Position numbers and translations under genes: made by a program. Below the pieces are notes generated by a model. The model ran no database searches and had not been told where the DNA came from. It worked only from the letters and a program-made list of their open reading frames with translations. Shown one piece after another: positions 1 to 12,144 of a stretch of DNA of 64,000 bases. Source of the stretch: Naegleria gruberi. Lineage: Eukaryota. The DNA lies in the NCBI GenBank assembly GCA_000004985.1, contig GG738923.1. The stretch is one strand, 5' to 3'. Each line of letters starts with the position of its first letter. The first letter of the stretch is position 1.

Positions 1-340
1 CTGCTTTATCGTCAATAAAATTGGAAGAAATGTACAATTTTGTTAATTGTGACATTTTCCCAAGAACTACCAAGAATTTATATTGATTTAAAACCCCATA
101 ACCAACTTTAATCTCATAAATACGATCTAAGTATTTACTTTCCATCAATGACTTTAGTTTGGTAATTCGATCATTAAATTCAATTAAAAGTTTCGAATAC
201 ATTCCAATAATTCTTAACCATTGTTTAGAAATTAAACAACAATTCAGCAAGATGAATTTACCATCATCAATAAAAGATATTATCTCACAACACACATCAT
301 CAGAAAAAAATTGAGCTGCAGCAACATTCCGAAAAGTAAT
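1..340 (-). CDS. Partial CDS whose start codon is at 340 and which continues past the left edge of the window; F-box-like N-terminus
   Basis: Reverse-strand translation from the ATG at 340 reads MKEITFRNVAAAQFFSDDVCCEIISFIDDGKFILLNCCLISKQWLRII... and stays open to position 1. The hydrophobic spacing resembles an F-box. No stop codon falls within the window. Confidence 0.35.
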   Translation of the reverse strand, partial: MTFRNVAAAQFFSDDVCCEIISFIDDGKFILLNCCLISKQWLRIIGMYSKLLIEFNDRITKLKSLMESKYLDRIYEIKVGYGVLNQYKFLVVLGKMSQLTKLYISSNFIDDKA

Positions 341-518
341 TTCCTTCATTTTTTTTAAAAAAAATATAAATCGAAACTAAATTCTTTTATCCATTTTAGA
401 TAGTAAAATATTGTAAAAATTACCTTGATAGCAATTTGCCTTAATATTAGTGCTGAGTGAACTTGCTTTCATTGTAACGCTGCATTAATAATGAAATTTA
501 AAAATTATTTTAAAAAAA

Positions 519-1862
519 ATGCAAATTCATTTTCAATGCTGCCAACAAACAGAGAGTCCACTTGTAGCCTACGACCAAAGCAAATCGGAGGGTAAAATTC
601 TACTAGATAAAATTAAAGGATGGAGAAATGAGCAACATGAGGTTGAATTTTCTCATTTTCTTGCGAGGAGAGATCGAACCTTTGCTATTACTCGTTCCGA
701 TCATCAAATTTATTGGATCACAAGATCAATGTGTCATAAATTAGAAAATAGAATGAAGGTTTATTTTGTTGCATCGTCATATGGACATGTTATGTTTCTG
801 ACTGATCCGATAGATCAAAATACAGGAAATTGTGTGGCATACAATCCTCATGGATATACTGTTCATCGATTACCTAATGGACATTCCTATACAGTTCCAA
901 AGAAATCATCAGTAATTGGATTTCGTTTACATGGAAGTGCTGAATTATTTGGGGGTGAAACTAAAACTTTCTCACTTGATTTATCTGATCCTGGCATGCT
1001 AGAATTTCTCCATATGCAAGATGTTGAGAAATGTTTAGATATCAATGAATATGTTGTTTACATGAGTTGTGCGGCATATACGAGTATTTTATTAACAAAT
1101 CATGGAAGATTGATGATATGTGGTTCTAATGGATTTGGTGAATTAGGATTTGATGTAAAAGACAATAAGACTGAAAAACTTGATGTTCATCCAATTCATA
1201 AACAAGACCCAAACTTGTTCTTTACTAAAACAGCATGTGGAGATCACAATATTGTTGTTATTACTAAGGAAGGGTTAGTATACGTAACTGGTTACAACTC
1301 TAGTAATGAATTGTAAGTATTTTTTTATTACTATATAATATTGAAGTTTCTTAGAGGACTAAGCTCAACATCTTCTGTTTTCCAATTACAACCATCAAAA
1401 TTGTTTAATGAATACGCTGCAAAAGATCCATTCATTGATGTTGCTTGTCACTATTATGGAGCTATTCTATTGGGCAAATCAGGATCTGTTTATATAAGTG
1501 GAGGAAGTCAAAAGCATGTAAGGAAATACTCAATTCCGCCATCTCATGACATGTTTTCTCAATATTTAAATGTTGGATCTAATTCTAATAGTTTATTCGC
1601 TATAGCTAACAACGAAACAAGCATTTTATTGACACAATTTTCCAGAGAAGGAGATAATATTTACCATACTGCTCATAATTATTGTTATGATTCTCACAGA
1701 TATTCCTCAACAATTACTGGCAGCGAAAATAATACTATGACTTGTATATTATTAAGGAATGAAACCATCAATACCAAGTTCCAATCTAATTTAGCACTTC
1801 ATTTATCATTATACAATGGTGAAAATGAAAAGACCTTTAGTGATTTAATAATAAAGGTCTAG
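519..1862 (+). CDS. RCC1-repeat (regulator of chromosome condensation-like) protein; 2 exons, 519..1312 and 1355..1862
   Basis: Repeated G-x-N-x-x-G-(E/Q)-L-G motifs (CGSNGFGELGFD; GKSGSVYISGG). A GTAAGT donor lies at 1313 and a TAG acceptor at 1352-1354; the 42-nt intron joins the two ORFs in frame as ...SSNELGLSS.... Confidence 0.5.
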
Positions 1863-2530
1863 AGGATTTAATTCCTAAACTAACCTATTTAAACTGGAAT
1901 TCATTCACTAAGTACCCACTCTAATAAGGGAGCTACAGAAATTATACTCTTAATACTCTTTGATAATCCAACCCAATATGATTTTCAATGGATTACAGTA
2001 GTAACATGTAGATTGTGCGTACTACAGGGCTATTAGAACTATTTTTCCAAATTAATCAAGATTACAATCAGCACAATTATATTTGATGGTTACAGAATGC
2101 AATACAGAATATCCATTCGTAAATTCTTGAATCTTATCAGGTAACGACTTCGAAAACAATTAATGTCACAACCTACTGTGTTTCGTTGATCTTTTGAAAG
2201 ATTCCATATTTAGAAGCATTAGCCACAATAACACTTACTATTGAAGAGTTTCAAGTCACTACTTGTCCAACTGAATCCAAATTCAAACAACAATATTTGA
2301 CTATTGTTACTCCTTAGGAAGGGATGACAAACTAGCATCGGTTCACTTACTATGTGAAATTTATTCGAGTGTTCCAAGTCTTACCAATGAATTTCCATGG
2401 TTTTTTTGTACGCATTTTTCAATTATTACATATTCAAGAGGTATTTCTAAAGCAAGAATTTCTAACAAATTATTACGAGGGCTAGTTTAGTTTTGGTCTA
2501 GGCAACCACAAAAAAACAATTTGAATCCGA

Positions 2531-5500
2531 ATGGCATGCATGAAAGATATGGTGCTCGCTTCGCACACGACACTCAGACAGGTTTCACATCATGTTGTGC
2601 TTGTGATATTGTTGTTTCTTACTCTCTTTCTCAAAGAAGGCCTCTATGCCTATCAGTTCTCCACTCAATTCACAAATAGTCAGCTCGTGTGGAATCATAT
2701 CGACTCTCAATTTGTCAACAAGACGGAAAAGATTGGTTTCATGACCTTTACCTTCTCTTCTACAAAGAATACTCTAGCATGGGAGGTGGTTAATCCTTCA
2801 GTGTATCCCATGCCACAATTCGACACTTTGAATGAGACATTGGTCTTTGCACATTTTCGATTAATTCATAAGAACTTATTGGGCAATAGTGGAAACAATT
2901 TATTCTTGCCTTCTTCAGAGTATTTTGATTACAAAGTGAAAAGGAATGAAGATGGTCTTGATTTGAGCTTTGAAAAACTCTGTTTAAACTTAAATATTAA
3001 GGAAATATCTAGTGCTACTGATGTTATCGACATTCCAGAATTATACAAAAACAAGTATTACATGCAATGGTTTACTTTACAATTGAACATCACTCAACTA
3101 CGAATGGAATTATCATCATTGGTGGCCATCAATGAAACTTTTACAGTTGAATACTACACTAACAAATTATTGAATGAAGTCAAACAGGGTGACTATTCCT
3201 ATTCATCACTCTTACTATTGAATTCTTCTATTACTCAGGCTTCACCAATCAAAACTTCTTCAGATCCAGTTACTAATATTTGTTCTTCAACCTCGCCTGT
3301 GATAGCATTTGCTTGGAACTCATGGAAACTGTGGTTTGTAGTTGTTTTTCTCCTTTTAATGCTAGCTCTATTGATCTTCTCAGTTTGGAGGCCTTATATT
3401 GTTATTATTGTGATTGTTGTCATCTTCAATTTGGCAGGTATTCTGACACTTGATCAAACACTTGCAGGGTTCGCTAATAGTGGTACACTTGTAATTGGTC
3501 TATTGTTTCCCATTGTAAAACCTCTCACTCAGAATTCTTTGGTGTTGAAATTTTCCAAATTTTTATTTGGTTCTCCCATCCAATTCAAAAATATGAAAAG
3601 CAGCAAGCTTCTTCAACACTTATCATTGTTGATACCTACATTGAGAATGTGTTTGGTTTTTTCATTGATTGGAGCTTTTGTGAATAATACACCGGTTGTG
3701 GTATTGGGTTTACCTATAGTTATGGAATGGGCCAGGCAACATAATGTTTCCCCTTCAAAGTTTCTCATGGCACTTTCCTTCATTACTTCTGGGAGTGGAT
3801 TTTTAACATCGATTGGAAATTCATCAAACATTGTGGCGAGCGGAATATTTTCAACATATGGCTATGATGCATTGACATTTTATGAGTTTTTCTATCTGGG
3901 AAGTATTTTGTGTGTTGTAACAATACTCTATCTCATTACATATGGCTTGTGGATTGTTCCAGATGAAATTAGAGGTGAATCAAAAAAAATGAAAAGAACC
4001 ACCATTAATTTTGCTAAAAAAGCTGGTAAAATACTTCACAATTCAAAAACCAGATTTGAAGAGTTTATAGCTGTTGTAAGAATGAATGAATTATCATCCC
4101 AAGATCCTCATACAAAGCCATTTATGCTGTACAGTAACTTGTTGGGAAAAAATGAAGCAAAAATTCTGAAAACGTTAGATTTGGATAGCATTGAGCTTGT
4201 CGAAGTTATTAGAAAATGTGAAAAGAAAGCAGAAGAAACTATTTCTCAAATCAAACCAGAAACTTCAACAGATAATATTCAAGTATCCAACTCTGAACAT
4301 ACTAATGAAACTCCAAATAATGGTGATGAATCTCCAACAAGCTCAGACAGTGGATCAATAGAAATTGACATGAAAAAAATCGAACATGTAAAGCATACGA
4401 TAATTAAGGATACAGATGAAACCAAAAGAATCAAACCAGTTCCTGAAGATTTCCTTATTGAAAAAGATGACATTTTAATATTCAAAGGAAACGCCAAATC
4501 TATTTTGAAACTTCAAGCCATGGTATTAGAAATTGAGGATTACGAAGAAGAAAGTTCGCCTAAACAAAATACTGACCGAGTAACAACCTTCAACTCAACA
4601 ACAGAAGAGGAAACAGTGATGAAAAATTCTCCATCTCAACTCTCCTTAATGAGCAGCTCCTCCCAAGATGAGTTAATCCCAAATGGTAGCAATAGAATTG
4701 ATTCTCCAGTTGTTGGAGGTCAAAATGATATTGTTGCCAGGTTGCATTCCAATCTTAAGAAAAATCATCCAACCAATGAAAACTCTCAAAATCCAACAAA
4801 AGAACAAGACCAGAAAGAAGATAAAAGTGCAGACCTGAGTCAGCTTGAGTTCTTTGAGGTGGTTATTGGTTCATCGAACCCGTGTGTAGGGGAGAATTAT
4901 GAATTCTTTGAGAAAAGATATCAGGTAACAGTATTGGCTATTAGAAATATGTTTTATGACGAGAAACCATCAGAAAGCTCGGATCAAGGTTTGAGAAATT
5001 TTCAAGTGTACACAGGTGATACCATTCTCTTATTAGGTAAAACGAGATTTTATATGAATTATCATAATTCCACAAGAGAATTCTACATGATATCAAGATT
5101 CTCTGAAGTTTCACCACAAGATAATCAATTCAATCAAAGACCATTCCAACTCAGAATTCCATTCACAAATAAGGTCTATCGTCTATGGTGGTGGGAACAT
5201 TGGATTTTCTTATTCTTTTCAGCAATGATTGCCTGTACGATTGCTGGATATTCAATGGTTCAATGTAGTTTAGTGACATTTTGTGTTGTCATTATGTTTG
5301 GCTTGATTTCTCCCACAGATGCCATTGAAAGCATTGATTGGGCTCTTGTAGCACTTGTTGGAGCATCTTTTGGAATTGGAAGTGCTATCACTCAGAGTGG
5401 AGTTGGTCAAGGAATTACTCAAGTATTGAAACTTGCAAATGTGCCACATATTTTATTACCTGCTTTCATAACTGCAATTACCTTAGTGGTAGCAAATGTA

Positions 5501-5782
5501 ATTACAAGTAGTGCTGTGGTGGCAATATGTATCCCAATAGCTGTAGCTATTGCTCAATCATATGGATTGAATGCTAGATGTTTTGTAATGTGCGTCATTT
5601 ATGCATCTCAATCAGTATTTACATTTCCTTTAGGATTTTCTGGAAATATGTTAGTGATGGGTGTTGGAAATTACAAATTTGTAGATTTTGTGAAGGCAGG
5701 GGTTCCCCTTACAATATTATATTGGTTGATTATCAGCGTGCTTGTACCTGCTATTTGGGGATTGGATATTCCAAACTTTTAA
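2531..5782 (+). CDS. DASS/CitMHS (SLC13/ArsB-superfamily) anion permease with a central pair of TrkA-C (RCK_C) domains; intronless
   Basis: Two permease half-repeats carry the family signatures (GAFVNNTPVVVLGLPIVMEWARQ...SGSGFLTSIGNSSNIVASGIF; ITAITLVVANVITSSAVVAICIPIAVAIAQSYG...). Between them are TrkA-C-like segments (FFEVVIGSSNPCVGENYEFFEKRYQVTVLAIRN), split by a long S/T/N/E-rich insert at about 4260-4860. Confidence 0.6.
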   Translation: MACMKDMVLASHTTLRQVSHHVVLVILLFLTLFLKEGLYAYQFSTQFTNSQLVWNHIDSQFVNKTEKIGFMTFTFSSTKNTLAWEVVNPSVYPMPQFDTLNETLVFAHFRLIHKNLLGNSGNNLFLPSSEYFDYKVKRNEDGLDLSFEKLCLNLNIKEISSATDVIDIPELYKNKYYMQWFTLQLNITQLRMELSSLVAINETFTVEYYTNKLLNEVKQGDYSYSSLLLLNSSITQASPIKTSSDPVTNICSSTSPVIAFAWNSWKLWFVVVFLLLMLALLIFSVWRPYIVIIVIVVIFNLAGILTLDQTLAGFANSGTLVIGLLFPIVKPLTQNSLVLKFSKFLFGSPIQFKNMKSSKLLQHLSLLIPTLRMCLVFSLIGAFVNNTPVVVLGLPIVMEWARQHNVSPSKFLMALSFITSGSGFLTSIGNSSNIVASGIFSTYGYDALTFYEFFYLGSILCVVTILYLITYGLWIVPDEIRGESKKMKRTTINFAKKAGKILHNSKTRFEEFIAVVRMNELSSQDPHTKPFMLYSNLLGKNEAKILKTLDLDSIELVEVIRKCEKKAEETISQIKPETSTDNIQVSNSEHTNETPNNGDESPTSSDSGSIEIDMKKIEHVKHTIIKDTDETKRIKPVPEDFLIEKDDILIFKGNAKSILKLQAMVLEIEDYEEESSPKQNTDRVTTFNSTTEEETVMKNSPSQLSLMSSSSQDELIPNGSNRIDSPVVGGQNDIVARLHSNLKKNHPTNENSQNPTKEQDQKEDKSADLSQLEFFEVVIGSSNPCVGENYEFFEKRYQVTVLAIRNMFYDEKPSESSDQGLRNFQVYTGDTILLLGKTRFYMNYHNSTREFYMISRFSEVSPQDNQFNQRPFQLRIPFTNKVYRLWWWEHWIFLFFSAMIACTIAGYSMVQCSLVTFCVVIMFGLISPTDAIESIDWALVALVGASFGIGSAITQSGVGQGITQVLKLANVPHILLPAFITAITLVVANVITSSAVVAICIPIAVAIAQSYGLNARCFVMCVIYASQSVFTFPLGFSGNMLVMGVGNYKFVDFVKAGVPLTILYWLIISVLVPAIWGLDIPNF

Positions 5783-5899
5783 CCAAAGTACAGTTAACCA
5801 ATACATTGGAGATTAAAAGTTAAGGATCATATTGATCATATATGCAATATTAGATCTTTACATAATATGATATTGGAATAAACATGTCAAAAGAATATA

Positions 5900-8254
5900 T
5901 TATTCTTTATTTTCCTGTTTTTTAGCCAGTCTCTTGTTCAATCCATTTCCAGAAATTGTTGTGAAGAAATTACTATCAATTACACTAATTTCCTGCGTTC
6001 CCCTACAAAGTGTTGTTCTGATTTTGAATTTCCCTTCCTTTTGAGAGGAGAAACCGAGCCAAACCTCTTCAATAATCCTTTGTTTGTATTCATTCTTGAC
6101 TTGAACCTTTTTCAAGTTCTTTAGATACTGCAATTTTTCTTGGCCTTTCTTTAATTTGATCAAATCAAATTTCAATGTGTAAACCTCTTGATCCTTACTA
6201 TTTGGGCTTAGTTTTGGCGATGATTCAAATTCAGGTATAATCAAATCTACCTTAATGGCCTCCACATACTTATCATAAACTATTCCATCCGCAACATTCT
6301 GAATAGTTAAATATTCAGAGCTATTTGGAGCTTCTTCAAGAAGAATTTGAGCTTTCTCCAGTTGTTTAACGTTGGTCATCTTATTCGAAGTATTGTAACT
6401 AATAATTTTGAAATCATCTTGTTTTTTAGATTGATTCTTTCCAAAATTAGTTTCTTGAGTAAACTCAATTTTTCTAATATTTGTTGGTGATCCACTACTA
6501 CTATTCGATTGGAAAGCATCTGATTGTTTTCGTTTTTTAGACGAAACACTTGTTGAAGAAACTAAAGGTGAACCAGAAGGAGTGGAAGGTGATGAAAAAC
6601 CCATATTAGTGTTATTAGTACTAAGTACTGGGAAGTGTATTGGAGTGGTTGGAGTACTTCCTGTACTATTGCTTTTCCTCGATGATGATGATTTACTTCT
6701 CTTCTCACTCTTGACTGTTACAATGTTTGATGGTTGAATTGATGGTTGTGATGAGGATGGTGTGGAAATAGGAGTAGTATTAGAAATTTGTGGTATTACT
6801 GTTGCAGTTTGTGGTATTGCTGGAGGAGGTGATTGTCGAGCATCCAGTGTACATGATACTTGTCCACGTTCTTGAAGAAATTGCAGAATAGTTGGTGAAT
6901 TAGTTTGACAAGTGTCATTATTCGAATTACTAGTATTAGTTGTGGAATAAGTAGTAGTATTAGTTGTGGTCATTGGTGTTGTAGTCGTTGGAGTGGAAAT
7001 AGGAGTAGAAATTGGAGTAATATTATTATTATTGGAAACTACATTAATTGGTGAAATAGTTATTCCTGCTGTGGTTGTTGAAGGTTTAGGAAGTTGTTGA
7101 TAATTTTCATCAATTACAAATCCATTAGTTTTAGCTTTATCAGATCCATCCGATGAAGTAGAAACATTATTAATATCATGATGATGATTGACCAAATTTG
7201 AATTATTTTGATGATATGAATTATTAATTGGATAGGGTGGAGATGATGGAATTGAGTGATAATAGGGTGGATAATGTTGTGGATGTGGTGGTGGATAGTT
7301 TGGATATCCATGATGATGATAATAAGGAGGATATTGATGAGTATTATAATTATTTGAATAATGATGATGAGGAGGATATGGAGGAAGAATATTATTATTG
7401 ACTGCACTACTCGACATTACTTGAGAACTTGCGTGCATAGTTGGAGAAGTTGGTTGACTAGAAGGTGAAACTATTGCCGAATTATTTGGTTGTGTTGATT
7501 GTGGAGGAGGTGGCTGAGGATAATATGATAATGGAGGTGGAGGAAAGTTTGTATATCCATAACCAGTAGGAATTGGTTGTGTTGCTATTGGACATGTTGA
7601 AGGATTTTGTGTTAAATAGGATTGTGGAAGTGGTGGCAATGGAGGATGTGGATGATGATTGTACATGTCAATATTTCTTTCAATAATTAAATTATTAATA
7701 TTTGAAGTGCTAGTTGATGCCTGATGAAGTATCTGGTTTACTGCATCATCACATGTAGAGTCATTACCCAAATCTGATAGTAAAACATTGTCATTCAAAT
7801 TGGTATTATTATTAATATTAGTATTGACTTCCAATAGTTGTCTCAATTCTTCAATAAAATTGGGATTATTTTCTGATATATCTGGCAGTAACATCCTATT
7901 GTTGCCTCTCACACTTTCTTCAAGGTTAGTTGAAGTGGATGTGTTGTTGTTGATTGAGGAGGAGATAAAGTATTGTTCTGCTTGTTCTGTTTGTTGATGG
8001 ATTAACGATTGTTGGAGTGTGAAAAGGGTTACTTGATCTGGTTGAGTAGTTGTCATATTATTTTGATTGGCAACAGTTGCGAGTATTTGTTGAAACAACT
8101 CATCAGGAACGCCTTGTTGGGAGTTATGATTGTTTTCGGATGGTATCGAATCAATATTGTTGAATGAAATATCTTCTTGGTTCGTGTTCTGGTCAAAGAA
8201 ATTGTTATTATTGTTTTGCATGTGCATGTAATAGTATTGAAAGAGTTCAATCAT
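5900..8254 (-). CDS. N/Q/P/S/T-rich low-complexity (prion-like) protein, function unknown
   Basis: 784-aa ORF with poly-N, a PPxY/PPPQ-rich stretch, and S/T-rich runs. Only the C-terminal ~150 aa looks globular. Composition resembles nuclear or transcription-associated low-complexity proteins. Confidence 0.45.
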   Translation of the reverse strand: MIELFQYYYMHMQNNNNNFFDQNTNQEDISFNNIDSIPSENNHNSQQGVPDELFQQILATVANQNNMTTTQPDQVTLFTLQQSLIHQQTEQAEQYFISSSINNNTSTSTNLEESVRGNNRMLLPDISENNPNFIEELRQLLEVNTNINNNTNLNDNVLLSDLGNDSTCDDAVNQILHQASTSTSNINNLIIERNIDMYNHHPHPPLPPLPQSYLTQNPSTCPIATQPIPTGYGYTNFPPPPLSYYPQPPPPQSTQPNNSAIVSPSSQPTSPTMHASSQVMSSSAVNNNILPPYPPHHHYSNNYNTHQYPPYYHHHGYPNYPPPHPQHYPPYYHSIPSSPPYPINNSYHQNNSNLVNHHHDINNVSTSSDGSDKAKTNGFVIDENYQQLPKPSTTTAGITISPINVVSNNNNITPISTPISTPTTTTPMTTTNTTTYSTTNTSNSNNDTCQTNSPTILQFLQERGQVSCTLDARQSPPPAIPQTATVIPQISNTTPISTPSSSQPSIQPSNIVTVKSEKRSKSSSSRKSNSTGSTPTTPIHFPVLSTNNTNMGFSSPSTPSGSPLVSSTSVSSKKRKQSDAFQSNSSSGSPTNIRKIEFTQETNFGKNQSKKQDDFKIISYNTSNKMTNVKQLEKAQILLEEAPNSSEYLTIQNVADGIVYDKYVEAIKVDLIIPEFESSPKLSPNSKDQEVYTLKFDLIKLKKGQEKLQYLKNLKKVQVKNEYKQRIIEEVWLGFSSQKEGKFKIRTTLCRGTQEISVIDSNFFTTISGNGLNKRLAKKQENKE

Positions 8255-9037
8255 ATGTTATTGAGTTTTGAATATTGTTTGTTGGTGTTTTTTTGTTGTG
8301 AAGAAAATCTAATACTTTTTCACACAACAATCAAACAAATTGTTTCCTGCAGCAAGTATTTTGTGTTTGCGTGTTTTTCATTTTTCTAAACTAGGTTTCG
8401 ATTGTCGCATTCGGTTCGCCCCTTACGAAAGTTTCTCCAAACTGAGAGTTGAAGGTTGTGAAAAATGATATGATGGATCGAATGAGGGAAATATACTTTA
8501 ACCCTTTGCTCATTCATTGATTTTTTACACAGTGCGTGTGCTGGCTTAATGATTGCATGTTCTATTAGATTCGAATTATTTGTGCGTAAATAGTTTCTTT
8601 CCTGTTTACATGCAACGTTGACCTTTTAGAGTATTGTTTTAATTGGCCCTTTTCCTCCAATGATGATTCACATTGTATGAGATAATAATCCAAGTGAACG
8701 ATGATGTCGATAAGGTCATGTGCTGGTGTTCATTCAACTAGCCTTTAAAGGTATTTAACTTCGGAACGCATTTACAAAAGAGCCTACCACTTTAGTGGGT
8801 AATAGGAAAGTTGTACTTTACCACAGACCATGTTGAAAAACACAGAGACTCTACATAAGAAGGAAGTGAAGTAACGCAATCCAATCAACAAAATAGTTAT
8901 TCGTAATAATAACAAGATGACTGTTGTTTTTTTTAGGCTCTCAATTAATTGCACGTTTCAATGTGGCGGGAACATTAAAAACATTAAAAAAACCTTAAAA
9001 TCATTATCGTTACCAGCATCATCACGTTTAATACAAA
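8255..9037. promoter_or_regulatory. Divergent intergenic region between the minus-strand gene ending at 8254 (its start) and the plus-strand NCS gene starting at 9038; likely bidirectional promoter
   Basis: About 780 bp of non-coding DNA between two head-to-head start codons. No specific motif was verified. Confidence 0.25.
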
Positions 9038-9803
9038 ATGGGCGGAAAGATTTCACGTGAAGAGATGAAGACTCTCCGTAAGGAGACTCGAGGAAAACTC
9101 GATCAAAAGGAGATTCAAAAGTATCATAAATTTTGGTTTGATCTTTACAAGGACGGAAATATGACCAAGGAAGGATTTGTAAAGTTTGCACAATTGGCAC
9201 TTCCGAATGTATGTAATTGATGATCAAATTTTAAAATATTTATTGTTTAATAATAATTTATTGATGATATTATTATTTAGTGGGATGGACAAACTGATGT
9301 TGATTATCTTTTCAGAGCTATGGATAACAATAATGATGGAACTGTCACGGTAGGTATTTTATCAAAATTTGTGAATGATAATTGTCGTTATATAGTTCAA
9401 GGAATTTTTATTATTCCAATCGATTACTGCTCCATCAGCTGAACCATTGAATCCTATGGAATTAATTGATCTTGCTTTTGATATGTATGATGAAGATCGT
9501 GATGGGTAAGTTGTCAACTAATCAATAATTATTTAATTTTCAATAGATTTGTCACTGTTGATGAAATGCGTGAGTCCTTGCACAACATGTTCAAGGCCAA
9601 AGGTATGAATGTAAATGATCCAAATGTAAAGAACCAAATTGAAAATAGAATTAATAATTTATTGAGTCTTGCCGATAAGAATAATGACGGAAAGTTAACT
9701 GTAAGTAATTTTATTAGAAATTGTATGAAACTAAAGTTTATAATAGAGAGAAGAAATTTTCACCGCCTGTGAAAAGGATCCACAAATTGTTGCCATGTTT
9801 TAA
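9038..9803 (+). CDS. N-myristoylated neuronal-calcium-sensor/recoverin-family EF-hand protein; 5 exons, 9038..9208, 9281..9349, 9396..9505, 9547..9700, 9747..9803
   Basis: MGGKISREE (an MGxxxS myristoylation consensus). The spliced product reads ...AMDNNNDGTVT|FKEFLLFQS...LIDLAFDMYDEDRDG|FVTVDEM...ADKNNDGKLT|REEIFTACEKDPQIVAMF*, matching the NCS-1/frequenin layout including the C-terminal '...GCxxDPxIVxxL'. All junctions have GT..AG signals and consistent phase. Confidence 0.75.
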
Positions 9804-10187
9804 TTTATTTGTAAATAATATAATTGTGTATAAAGATTACATTTACAATAATGTATTCACTACAACAAATATTTCAAATCTTTTGTTGTTATAATGGATT
9901 GGAATGTTTAAAGTAATTAATGATTGGATAATGTTTGAAAATAATTGAGATGGTTTGCCGAATCTCTTCGGTTGTAAAATGTATCTCTCAATTTTTACTG
10001 ACCTCTTACAAACAGCTCAGAATATATGAAGGACTAAGTCGTCTTATTATCTGAGGATCTTATCCTTAATCCTCTTATTAGCCTCCGATTTTTAACTCCT
10101 ACTTCCTCGGAGTCATCATTTCATGCCTTTCAACTTCTCTCACGTTTCTTTAACAAACAACTCAAAAAAAATATTTCAACAACAAGA

Positions 10188-11999
10188 ATGGTGCGCTCAT
10201 CATCTCTCATTGTGATGGCAATGATTCTCATCATTGCTACTGCCAATGTAATGTCTTTAACTCCAACTCCTGTGAGAAATGTTCCTGGCTTTGTTGGCGA
10301 TATTAAATTTGCTCAGTATGCTGGTTTTGTTCCAGTCAATGTTACTGCTCAAAGAAATTTATTCTACTGGTTTGTTGAATCACAAAATAATCCAAGCACT
10401 GATCCTGTTGTGTTGTGGTAAGTATTAGCATCAATATCATGCATTTTCAATAACTCACATTATATATTCATTGTCATCCAATGACTCTTTTGAATAATAA
10501 ACAGGATGAATGGTGGTCCTGGGTATGTTATATAGTAATTTGAAATGGAGTTTGGATAATTTAATTATTATTTTAATAGATGCTCATCATTGGGTAAGTA
10601 ATTTTGTTGAATTTTGTTGAATTTTAACATGATGATTAAATTCTAAAACTAACATTCTAAATTAAATAATAGATGGTTTTGTTACTGAACATGGTCCATT
10701 CCTTTTGAATGATGGACAAACACTTCGTGAAAATGAATATTCATGGAATAAGAGAGTTAACATGATTTATTTGGAATCACCATTTGAAGTTGGATACTCA
10801 TATTCTGTTCAAAAGGATTTAGTTTGGAATGATGTTAAATCTGCTGATGATGTTGTTAAATTCTTGCATACTTTCTTCTTTGAATTGTTCCCTCAATTTG
10901 CTAAGAATCCATTCTACATTGCTGCTGAATCATATGGTGGTCACTAGTAAGTTATCAATTATAATTGAACTATTTACCAATGAATCATTTTACTCAACCT
11001 TCAAATGAATGAATTGAATATGATAATTTTCACTTACATACAGTGGTCCAACAAGTGCTGTTGCTGTTTTACGTTCTGGATATCCATTCAATTTGAAGGG
11101 TTTCATTGTTGCCAATGGTATTATGGATGATCGTGAAGATACCAACTCTATTCCAATATTCATGTATCAACACTCTTTAATTTCCAAGTCTGCTTATGAT
11201 GAAGGTTTGGCCAAGTGTAGAGGTGATTTCTATGCCAATCAACAATTGCCAGAATGTGCTGATGTCATTTCTAATTATTATACCTCAATTGTTGGTATCA
11301 ATCCATATGATATCTATGATAAGTGTGTTGGAGATGTTGGTCCATTCGATGCTGCCACTTCTAACACTGATATTTTAAAGCAAAATGGATGGTTCAAGAC
11401 TTTGACTAAGAAGCAACCATATGACACAAAGATTCATCCACTTTTCACATTGAGTCAAAGAGTTGGTTCAGGTGGTAAGTTTTATTATACATTTTCATGA
11501 TAGCTCACAATTTTTCATCAATTTTTTTAACACTCACAGCTCCATGTTTGGCTTACAAACCACAAGAATATTGGTTCAATCTCCCACAAGTTAAGGCTGC
11601 TTTGAATGCTAACTCAATGCCAGCTGGTCACAAATGGCAAATGTGTAATGATGTTGTTAATGGAAATTACAATAGAACTTATTCTTCAATGATCCCATTC
11701 TATCAAGAATTACTTTCTAAGGGTATTAGAGGCCTCTTTGTCTCAGGAGATGTTGATTTGGCAGTTAATTCATTGGGTTCTCAAAACGGTATCTATGCCT
11801 TAATGAAAACAATGAATGGTTCCATTAAAACTCCATTCACTTCTTGGTCAACCAACAAGCAAGTCACTGGTTTCTATCAAATTTGGAGTGCAGGAAGTAC
11901 CACTTTAACATTCAAGACTGTTAAGGGAGCTGGTCACATGATCCCAATGAAGTATCCAGCATTATCTCAAAAAGCCTTTTATGATTTCGTTTTTGCTTA
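10188..11999 (+). CDS. Serine carboxypeptidase (family S10) with signal peptide; 6 exons, about 10188..10417, 10505..10522, 10580..10593, 10673..10946, 11044..11474, 11540..11999
   Basis: The spliced protein contains ...[24 protein letters not shown]...AAESYGGHYGPTSAVA...NLKGFIVANGIMDD...KGAGHMIPMKYP.... These cover the S10 hallmarks: GESYAG-type active-site Ser, the NGxxD motif, and the GAGHMVP catalytic His. An N-terminal hydrophobic signal peptide is present. Confidence 0.8.
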
Positions 12000-12144
12000 A
12001 TCAGCTTAATTTATTAGATAAAAAAAGTAATTTTAAATTTTCACTCAATATTATTGAATTTTATATTTTAATACATGTAAGACAAAATCAAAATAATAAA
12101 ACATTTCATTTGAAATTTTTCAAAAAACTTTAAAAATTAAAAAA

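Noticed and set aside
7114-7407. Poly-isoleucine ORF antisense to the N/Q-rich gene
   Set aside because: It arises from ATT/AAT repeats on the opposite strand of Asn/Pro/His-rich coding sequence, has no start context, and is entirely contained in a larger gene.
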